Below, piece by piece: positions 1 through 7,090 of a DNA stretch of 12,387 nucleotides. The position numbers and the translations under genes were made by a program. The notes under the pieces are model-generated. The model was not told the DNA's origin and did not search any database. It worked only from the letters and a program-made list of their open reading frames with translations. The stretch's first letter is position 1; the number at the start of each line of letters is the position of its first letter. Source of the DNA: Candidatus Hodarchaeum mangrovi (GTDB taxonomy: Archaea > Asgardarchaeota > Heimdallarchaeia > Hodarchaeales > Hodarchaeaceae); the NCBI GenBank assembly GCA_016839515.1, contig JAEOUE010000284.1, positions 1 through 12,387 on the forward strand, given 5' to 3'.

Positions 1-513
1 ATCACTAAATTTACTATAATATCTCCTGATAATATCGAAAATGTGTTAGAGGAAGTAGATGTAGTTGCACTTACCTTGGATGGCCCTATTACTTCTATTT
101 TAATTGAACGAGAATGTCGAAAAAGAGCGATTCCGATGTGTGAAACCTGGGCAGTACCCATGCTCTTTTCATGGTGGTTTAGTGAAGGGAGTAAGTCCTA
201 TGAAGAATTATACGATTTGCCTACCCAACATCTTTCTAACCAACAATTATATGAACTGGGAGATCAATTAAAACTAACCTCATGTAGATCCCTTTTTTCC
301 AAGATAATAACCATGTTAAGTGTGGAGCAAGATTTTGATCGTGAGCCAGGCGTATATGAATTAATGATGAGAGAGCAGGTCGGGATTCGCTCCTTTGCTC
401 CCATTGTACGACTTACTGCGGATTATCTGGTAATGGAACTCATTTTTACTGGGATTTTAAAAATAAAATCTATGACTTTAGCCCCTGCCTACAACAGAAT
501 TAGCTATTTTTAA
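1..513 (+). CDS. ThiF/MoeB/HesA (E1-like) adenylyltransferase-fold protein, 5'-truncated
   Basis: Frame 1 is open from base 1 (ITKFTIISPDNIENVLEEVDVVALTLDGPITSILIERECRKRAIPM...), so the track's GTG at 43 is probably internal. The pattern I-x-x-x-N-I-x-x-x-L-x-x-x-D-V-V...D...L-I-x-x-x-C-x-K-x-x-I-P matches the second half of the ThiF domain. The N-terminal GxGxxG motif is outside the window. Stop TAA at 511-513. Confidence 0.7.
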   Translation: MTKFTIISPDNIENVLEEVDVVALTLDGPITSILIERECRKRAIPMCETWAVPMLFSWWFSEGSKSYEELYDLPTQHLSNQQLYELGDQLKLTSCRSLFSKIITMLSVEQDFDREPGVYELMMREQVGIRSFAPIVRLTADYLVMELIFTGILKIKSMTLAPAYNRISYF

Positions 514-541
514 CTCTTTTAATTTAATTTATTTTTCATTT
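514..541 (+). terminator. Possible archaeal T-rich terminator between convergent genes
   Basis: ctcttttaatttaatttatttttcattt follows the stop codon directly. No hairpin seen. Confidence 0.3.
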
Positions 542-601
542 GTCATAAGATAATGTTTAAAGGAGGAAGCAGGGGCTTATTTGAGCTTACAATTTATGAT
601 A

Positions 602-1513
602 TTAAAACGTATCACTAATTACCTTACAGCCTATCGAAGCTATAAACGGATGATTATTGAGAGTTTGCTTTATAAAATCATTTAATGAAGATCGAATATT
701 AAGTGTATGAGCTTTTAATAGATTTTGATCTAATTCTTGGTTTAGCATATAACAAATAAATTGAAAGTATGTCGTGTAACTTTGTTCTATATCTTCATTA
801 GAAAGGACATAGAATGAATGAGATAAACTGGTTCTAACTGCAAGCATTTTGACAAGAGCTTCTTTAAGACTTCCTGCCTTAACAAGGTGTGCAATTCGCT
901 CAAGATTTGTTGCTTTTTCTCCTTCTGGTACATTAAATCGATCGTCATGATATTTTGCCAAAGCGGTAAAAAATCGCTGATAAAACTGATAATCATTGCG
1001 AATTATCTTCTTACCTTCATCAGTGGGAAAAGCTGACAACCAAAGACTAATATTGATTGCATCTAAAGCTCTCTTAATCTCTTTTGTGCAATCTGCCTTT
1101 TTATCATCTTCAGAAGAATTGGATACCCTTTCAGGGGTTAATCCAAGCTTTTCTTCAAGAATATGTATACGTGGTATCAATGTTTGTAAAAGAGTTTCTC
1201 GTTCATGGAGTTCCTGTTTTAGCCTAATAATCTCTCCATCATTTTGACCATTTTCACCAGTCTCATACATTTTATATTTTCTATCAGAATTAAATTTGAT
1301 AGCATAAAAGGGAAAGAACTCTTTTAGATTGTTTAATAAAGTAATTCTTGAATGGAGAAGATATTCTTTTAATTCGGTACTGGTAAGTTTACTTGTGGTA
1401 AATTGGTTAATTTTTTGTTTCAATTCCTCTAATTCTTCAGGGCTTAATACAAATTGTTCCAATAACGTCAAAAGTACATCATCTTGATTCTTTTTCTGTT
1501 CTATTTGAGTCAT
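602..1513 (-). CDS. Hypothetical protein, 303 aa: N-terminal helical/coiled-coil region plus C-terminal HEPN-like domain
   Basis: ATG lies 5 nt after the upstream gene's stop, with GAGG just upstream. Heptad-like segment IIRLKQELHERETLLQTLIPRIHILEEKLG. All-helical C-terminal half with LVKMLAVRTSLSHSFYVLSNEDI, giving R227-x4-H232 at 818-835. Confidence 0.8.
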   Translation of the reverse strand: MTQIEQKKNQDDVLLTLLEQFVLSPEELEELKQKINQFTTSKLTSTELKEYLLHSRITLLNNLKEFFPFYAIKFNSDRKYKMYETGENGQNDGEIIRLKQELHERETLLQTLIPRIHILEEKLGLTPERVSNSSEDDKKADCTKEIKRALDAINISLWLSAFPTDEGKKIIRNDYQFYQRFFTALAKYHDDRFNVPEGEKATNLERIAHLVKAGSLKEALVKMLAVRTSLSHSFYVLSNEDIEQSYTTYFQFICYMLNQELDQNLLKAHTLNIRSSLNDFIKQTLNNHPFIASIGCKVISDTF

Positions 1514-1518
1514 ATAAT

Positions 1519-4500
1519 TTATCCCTCGATGAATAATTGAAATTTATCGAATATACGATTATATTGCTCATATAGTTCTGTACTATAGATTTTTAAATTC
1601 TTACCATCAATGCTTATAGTATCGCACATCTCTAAGAAAGAAGTGAGTTCTAAATAGGTTATGGTAAATCCTTCTACTAGCGTAAGCTCATTTAAGAAAG
1701 TTAAAAGATCATTTCGAGAAAGGTCATAAGAAATCCCATAATACGACTTGCAGACAGTATATATAAATTTGGGAAATAATTGATAAGCAATCTGAATTGC
1801 TTGGTCAAAATTAGCATGATTAATATGATTATTCATCTGGAACAATTCATAATACAGAATACTACTGTAACATTTTACTAACACATTCATTAATCTGTCG
1901 TGGTCTAAAGTTGCAATAGGGTTAGTAGATAATTCATCTTCTTCAGTGTCTTCAAGTTCATGATAATTATCTCCTAGTTCAGTCTCCTTATCACTATCAA
2001 AAGGAATAAGAACACTTTTTACTTCCGAATCAACTTTGACTTGAACCCTTCCTTCTCTTTGAACTTGAAAATAATCATCTAACGCCCGCTGATAATAGGG
2101 TCCGACTGCGTAGGATGTACGCATTGATTCCCCGCCTCCTGCTCTTCTGGGGTGGGCTTCTATAAGATATCGTTGTTGAATCAAAACATTGAATACGGAA
2201 TCTCGAATTTCTTTCATTCGTTTTCGGCTTTTAGTAATAGTTAGCAATTTAGGACGAATTACTTTGTATAGCTCATCTTTAACTTTTGACTCGTATAAAT
2301 GCCCTACTTTATCGGCTGTCCTCATCATCTTCAAAAATTTTATAATATCTTCAATAAGGCCTTTATATTTTCCAAAATCACGTTCTAATAACGTAGGCTG
2401 AGTTTTTTGTAAAATTCGCCGTTCACTGTCTTCAATATCAAATCCTTGATAAGACATATATTGGATTATATTTTCCCAAGGCATCGATGAAGTAGTTTCA
2501 AGATCTTTAAAGGGAATTCTAATCGGGAAAGGCTGATAAATATCTTCTCGTTTCACCACGGCTTCATCCGGTTTCATATCGGAAATATATCTCATCTGGA
2601 AGCTTTCATTGCGACTGGAGCTATACATTCCTTTGCCATGAAGTGCATCTAACCCCATAAGGTTGCCCATAAGAGCGAAATCGCGTTTATCTGTAGTTTT
2701 GAAGGCAATATAGTTGGCAAAGAAATTAAACACATTCTGATGAAGAAAATGAATCTGAGAGGTAGTCCCAATTAATCCGAAATTATGGGTAAAGAGAGGG
2801 TCCAAAAATTTATCAATCTTATCATAGATACGTTGTTTATCCAAAAAGTAGCTTTCAAATACCATATCAAGATTAGGAAGCATTATGAATTTTGGTAGGA
2901 ACTTTCCTCCCGAATGAATATAATGAATAAATTTGGCTAAGATAAGGAAGTTATAAAAACATTGCGTATCGCGATTTAAAATCTCTGAAAGATCAATAAT
3001 AATAGTTTTTTCATCGGTAAGAAATGTATATGGAGCGATCTGTTCACTCATCTCTTGAGAACCAATTACGCTTAAATCTTGAGGGATAAACTCATTAAAA
3101 AAATTAAGAACAATATCGGTAACGGGAGATCGCTCCCAGTCTTTTCGAGTGTCCAGATCTAGTCCTATAGTTTGGATATCTTTAGTAATTTGAGTTTCAG
3201 AAGTTTTAGACATTATAGTATTACGAAACAACTCCATAGCACGCTCATCCTTTTTGTAGCATAGAGCATATGCATCAAACATATAATCTAAGTAGCGTAT
3301 ATTATCTTTATCGTAAGGAATGTCAGAGGAAAGAGGATTGAGGGTTAAAGTCTTTTTAAGTTTAAAATAGAGAAATCGATCCGCATATTGAGTCGATTCA
3401 CAAAGGGGAATTAGACGAGACCAATTACCGGTGGGATCAAAAATAATTGCAGGATAACCTTTTTGTAGCAATTCTACAATGATTTTCATGGCAGTAAAAT
3501 CTCTACTTTGTACGGTTCCGTTGGTAATTAAGAGCGAGTGTAATTGCTCTAAGGTAAATCCTGCCAAGGTCTCCTCTTCTAAAATTTCGGTATTAATTGT
3601 ATGACCAATGGTAATAAAATTATCAAGATATAGGGGGGTGTTGAATTCTGCGCCTATCCGTGTTTCCATCCCTTTTTTGAAGATGTCTGCAATCATTATA
3701 AGGTATAGCACAATCTTTCCCTGAAAAATTACATAATTAAGATGAGTGCCATTTTTCCGCAAGTATTTTTGCTTCACTAGTTCAAAAATAAGCCCTGATT
3801 CTAGTTTACTTTTGGTTAGAGGCATTAGATTATAATTAAAGTAATTTTGAGCATAACTAATGGTAAGAGTGGTCATTTGTTGCCGAAGAACGCTCTCAAT
3901 GGAAAGAGTTTTTTCCATATCAAATGAAGATGCAGGTATTGAATAATTGGTTGATATGTTAAAGAGCGTATTCCACATACCATCGTGAAGTTGTAGCCAT
4001 TTTTTTGCATCTGTTATATCCCGTATTCTTGAGAGAAATGTTACTCGTTCCTTCTCTTTCATTGAAGCAAATCCTTCTTTACGGAAGTGATGATAATCCA
4101 GAGGAACTAATTGATAGGTTATGCAATATGCAATTTCGGAGGTGGTAATGGCCTCATAAAATTTATCCGGTTTGCAATAGGGAGGACTGGCTACATATTC
4201 AAGATTGCTCATCTTCAATCCCCCCATCATCCGGTTCTCTATTTGATAAAATAAGGTATCGGGAAAACGGTGAAATCGAAAAAATGTAATATCATAGAAA
4301 GGATTGATAATTTGTACTTCATCCGAGTGAAAGATGGATTCCTTGAATCTAAAGGTAAATAACTGTCGGTTCCAAATTATAGAGAGTCCAAAGAAGCACC
4401 CCATACCAATCATAAAACAAATCAAGTCGGAAAATAGATATAACGTGAGCAAAATGGCTATGAATATTGAAATTCCTAATAATACACATGTTTTTCCGAA

Positions 4501-5352
4501 TAATTCTATTACATGAGATAGTTTAACAGGAATGTAATCACTAAACGCTTTTTGTTCGTAAGGTAGTTTGAGAAATAGAGTACGATAGGCGTTAATCAAA
4601 TGCTCCTTTCGTAAACTAATCAATTTAAAATGATAAAGATTTGATTTTTTGGCTTGGGTTAATGCTTTGCTATAATAGAAAAGTTTCTGAAGAAGCTGCT
4701 CTAATTTATGACGGGTAAGCGGTCCCTTAATATCATGAAATACGGCAAGATACACACAGATTTCAAATGGTCTCGAGGAGGATGCAGATATATCTGCCCC
4801 TTTAGGTTTTTTAATCACTTGGTAGGTGAAGGGTATTTCAGTATTGACTAAGGCCTTGATAAACTGAAACAAATTACCATGAACATTTTCAGCTAACGTT
4901 GTAATTTGGTAAATCTGCATTCCGATGGTAGTTTTTTCTTTGGTATTGGTGATACACATAATGGAATCATCAGCATTATGATACCAAAAGATTGTATCCT
5001 TAAATAGAGGAAAAGCATTACTACGAAAGAGAGATTTCATTCTAAATAGTTCACTGTGAAAAATAACTACAAAGGTCAAGATCACTAATACGGCAATTCC
5101 TAACCCAAAAGCGATGTTTTTGGTTGCAACCATAAGAGTAATAACAATTGTTAAAAAGAGAAGTACTCCAGAAATGGCGCGGGGAAGCGTTTCCTTAAGA
5201 TTTACATCCCTATAGTGGGGAAGAAACCGCTCCCAAATGTAATCATATCGTTCCTCTTCGGAAGATTCTTCCTGATTCTTATTAATAGCTTTCTCTTTTC
5301 CTTTCTTAAATCTGTTAAAATCTTGAATAGATATATTTTCTCTGTTGTCCAT
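1519..5352 (-). CDS. Membrane-anchored HerA/FtsK/VirB4-superfamily protein with degenerate ATPase motifs, 1277 aa
   Basis: Long ORF with SD-like AGGAG upstream and two TM hairpins (about aa 60-98 and 286-325). HerA/VirB4-like motif order: ITIGHT...HSLLITNGTVQSRD (Walker A position)...GYPAIIFDPTGNW...LTLNPL...IIIDLSE...FIMLPNLD (Walker B position)...FGLIGTTSQ...NYIAFK...MKPDEAVVKR...QPFPIRI. The CDS itself is secure. The family call rests on motif recognition only. Confidence 0.75.
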   Translation of the reverse strand: MDNRENISIQDFNRFKKGKEKAINKNQEESSEEERYDYIWERFLPHYRDVNLKETLPRAISGVLLFLTIVITLMVATKNIAFGLGIAVLVILTFVVIFHSELFRMKSLFRSNAFPLFKDTIFWYHNADDSIMCITNTKEKTTIGMQIYQITTLAENVHGNLFQFIKALVNTEIPFTYQVIKKPKGADISASSSRPFEICVYLAVFHDIKGPLTRHKLEQLLQKLFYYSKALTQAKKSNLYHFKLISLRKEHLINAYRTLFLKLPYEQKAFSDYIPVKLSHVIELFGKTCVLLGISIFIAILLTLYLFSDLICFMIGMGCFFGLSIIWNRQLFTFRFKESIFHSDEVQIINPFYDITFFRFHRFPDTLFYQIENRMMGGLKMSNLEYVASPPYCKPDKFYEAITTSEIAYCITYQLVPLDYHHFRKEGFASMKEKERVTFLSRIRDITDAKKWLQLHDGMWNTLFNISTNYSIPASSFDMEKTLSIESVLRQQMTTLTISYAQNYFNYNLMPLTKSKLESGLIFELVKQKYLRKNGTHLNYVIFQGKIVLYLIMIADIFKKGMETRIGAEFNTPLYLDNFITIGHTINTEILEEETLAGFTLEQLHSLLITNGTVQSRDFTAMKIIVELLQKGYPAIIFDPTGNWSRLIPLCESTQYADRFLYFKLKKTLTLNPLSSDIPYDKDNIRYLDYMFDAYALCYKKDERAMELFRNTIMSKTSETQITKDIQTIGLDLDTRKDWERSPVTDIVLNFFNEFIPQDLSVIGSQEMSEQIAPYTFLTDEKTIIIDLSEILNRDTQCFYNFLILAKFIHYIHSGGKFLPKFIMLPNLDMVFESYFLDKQRIYDKIDKFLDPLFTHNFGLIGTTSQIHFLHQNVFNFFANYIAFKTTDKRDFALMGNLMGLDALHGKGMYSSSRNESFQMRYISDMKPDEAVVKREDIYQPFPIRIPFKDLETTSSMPWENIIQYMSYQGFDIEDSERRILQKTQPTLLERDFGKYKGLIEDIIKFLKMMRTADKVGHLYESKVKDELYKVIRPKLLTITKSRKRMKEIRDSVFNVLIQQRYLIEAHPRRAGGGESMRTSYAVGPYYQRALDDYFQVQREGRVQVKVDSEVKSVLIPFDSDKETELGDNYHELEDTEEDELSTNPIATLDHDRLMNVLVKCYSSILYYELFQMNNHINHANFDQAIQIAYQLFPKFIYTVCKSYYGISYDLSRNDLLTFLNELTLVEGFTITYLELTSFLEMCDTISIDGKNLKIYSTELYEQYNRIFDKFQLFIEG

Positions 5353-5361
5353 CTTTAATAA

Positions 5362-6228
5362 TCAACTCCTTTTATGATACCATTTTTTATTAATAAAACC
5401 AAATGTTAAGACCATAAGGATACATAGCAACAATAGCCACCCGATTACCGTGGTGACAAATCCAAAAATTAACATTTCACTAATACACACAATACTTAAT
5501 AATAAAAAGGTGAATAAAATGCCTAAGATGCCATATCGCCCTCTATTCGATGTTAATACCGAGTAATCAATATTATCTTGCAGATTACCTGAAACATAGA
5601 TTTTTTTTACTTTTGAATGAGCTTGTAATGATTTCTCTAAGGACTTTAGCTGTATTAGACGCATCAGGGCTTCTTGGTCTAACTTATTTTGTAATTGCGC
5701 TGTAAGACGCTTTTGATCTTGACGTATTCGGTGTAAAAGTAAGGGTTTAATAGGATTATTCCCTTTAGAGGGAGAATAGTTATGGTTACCCAGAAAAGAC
5801 AATAACGAAACGGTCCTATTTTCCATAATATCACAATCTTTAAGATGTTCTTTTAGGTTGGGGACTTGAGTGTTTCTTAAGTCAAAATACAGTTGGGTAA
5901 GCTCCTTTAAGTAAAGTTCGGGAAACTCTTCTTCTTGCTTTTTACGTTCAAATAGTGTTTCTATTACTTTAATAATAGTAATTTGGGATGGTGTAAAGAT
6001 ACATATGTCAAAATTTACCTTAAATATTTTATTGATTAACTCCATGTAATCCGAAAGTTTCTCATTAGCTTCTTTCCTTCGTGGGATAAATCCAAGTTTA
6101 GTTCCTATATCATCTATTACATTAGACACAAAGAGATAAAGCACACTGGTAGCAGTTCGAATTTGATTTGTTCCTAGACTTAATTCAATGAACCGTCTTA
6201 ATTTGATATCGGTAATAGATTGAGTCAT
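5362..6228 (-). CDS. Hypothetical membrane protein, 288 aa: helical N-terminal domain, coiled coil, C-terminal TM hairpin
   Basis: Start overlaps the upstream stop (ATGA at 6225-6228) and the stop is 9 nt before the next ATG. Two hydrophobic segments (GILGILFTFLLLSIVCI and VIGWLLLLCILMVLTFGFI) are followed by a basic tail, NKKWYHKRS. Confidence 0.85.
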   Translation of the reverse strand: MTQSITDIKLRRFIELSLGTNQIRTATSVLYLFVSNVIDDIGTKLGFIPRRKEANEKLSDYMELINKIFKVNFDICIFTPSQITIIKVIETLFERKKQEEEFPELYLKELTQLYFDLRNTQVPNLKEHLKDCDIMENRTVSLLSFLGNHNYSPSKGNNPIKPLLLHRIRQDQKRLTAQLQNKLDQEALMRLIQLKSLEKSLQAHSKVKKIYVSGNLQDNIDYSVLTSNRGRYGILGILFTFLLLSIVCISEMLIFGFVTTVIGWLLLLCILMVLTFGFINKKWYHKRS

Positions 6229-6995
6229 GGAGCAGGATTCCTCCGTTTTTTTGATGCTAAGAATTGATTATAAATCTCTTGCGCTTCTAACACTTCAGGG
6301 GATTTAGGGTGTCTTGAATTCTTTGTATTCTTAATCATATGCTGTTGCTCATTAATTAATTCCATTTGAGCGATAAGCTTGTCTAAATCAAGCTCGTTTA
6401 TAGGAAAGATATTAGCAACATCTAATTTCGGCACAATTTCAAATGTGTGGGCTAATTTATAATATAGGCTTGTATAGGGAAAACAGCACGCAAATGCGAT
6501 CACTTGAAGATAATAGCCTAATCCCATTATAAAGTAAAATGCTAAATCTAATTCATAATCATAGAAGATCAAGAGAGGAAATAACAAGTTATTGGGAAAC
6601 AAATACATGATGGGGAAAGCAACTATGAAAAAAACAAAGAGTAATAATACTCCCAAATTGATAATTGCAAATCCTTTGGTATGTTTCATTTTAGAGAATT
6701 CTTCAGCGCTATAAAATACTGCCCCAAAAGAAGCAATAATTAGCATTATAATAAAAAAGGCTGATAACGGAAGCGGTATTGAAGCATTGATTGGTTTATA
6801 CCAATTATTTAGTTCAGTATCTAAACGTACCGGAGAATACCAGTCACTCAACAGAGAGTAACTCCAATCTACTAATACTGTACTAGAACTATCAATCCCT
6901 TGAAATACATACCAATCCATAAATAACGATATAAACGCACAAGCTACCCCTATTAGATAATAAATACGCATCGACCTAAAAGTTTGATTTGTCAT
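6225..6995 (-). CDS. Hypothetical four-TM membrane protein with soluble C-terminal tail, 256 aa
   Basis: Four hydrophobic segments (IYYLIGVACAFISLFM; LSAFFIIMLIIASFGAVF; FAIINLGVLLLFVFFIVAFPIMYL; GLGYYLQVIAFACCFPY), a Trp-rich first loop and a hydrophilic tail. Translationally coupled to the next gene. Confidence 0.85.
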   Translation of the reverse strand: MTNQTFRSMRIYYLIGVACAFISLFMDWYVFQGIDSSSTVLVDWSYSLLSDWYSPVRLDTELNNWYKPINASIPLPLSAFFIIMLIIASFGAVFYSAEEFSKMKHTKGFAIINLGVLLLFVFFIVAFPIMYLFPNNLLFPLLIFYDYELDLAFYFIMGLGYYLQVIAFACCFPYTSLYYKLAHTFEIVPKLDVANIFPINELDLDKLIAQMELINEQQHMIKNTKNSRHPKSPEVLEAQEIYNQFLASKKRRNPAP

Positions 6996-7048
6996 GATGA
7001 ATCCTATTATGCCTGCATAACCTTATTGTTGTTCTCAATAATTACACA

Positions 7049-7056
7049 TATTTAAA
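7049..7056 (-). promoter_or_regulatory. Putative internal TATA box (TTTAAATA) for the 6995 to 602 gene run
   Basis: Matches the archaeal TTTAWATA consensus, 54-61 nt upstream of the ATG at 6995, in the only sizeable gap (95 bp) of the minus-strand cluster. Confidence 0.4.
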
Positions 7057-7057
7057 G

Positions 7058-7083
7058 AAAAAATCCAAAAAAATGTAAAAAAA
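7058..7083 (-). terminator. Putative oligo-T terminator after the HhH membrane protein gene
   Basis: On the minus strand three T-tracts (T7, T7, T6) begin 7 nt after the stop at 7091. Oligo-T tracts are the usual archaeal intrinsic terminators. Confidence 0.45.
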
Positions 7084-7090
7084 TGAGCGA

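Noticed and set aside
43-45. GTG start given by the ORF track for the first gene
   Set aside because: The frame is open from base 1 and the ThiF-like pattern extends upstream, so the gene is truncated by the window edge.
560-566. Perfect Shine-Dalgarno-like AAGGAGG in the convergent gap
   Set aside because: No suitably spaced start codon or substantial plus-strand ORF follows it.
787-1247. ORFs 787..996 (-) and 996..1247 (+)
   Set aside because: Both lie wholly inside the 303-aa gene, in an alternative frame or antisense, and have no motifs. They are shadow ORFs.
2189-4516. ORFs 2189..2401 (+) and 4334..4516 (+)
   Set aside because: Short antisense ORFs within the 1277-aa gene with no recognisable features.
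1519-5352. Calling the large gene virB4, herA or cedB, or calling the region a conjugative element
   Set aside because: Catalytic motifs are absent, there is no HAS-barrel or nurA/rad50/mre11 context, and no relaxase, integrase or att-like repeats are visible. Only a superfamily-level call is supportable.
1519-5352. Pseudogene interpretation of the degenerate ATPase
   Set aside because: There are no stops or frameshifts over 1277 codons, and coupling to both neighbours is intact.
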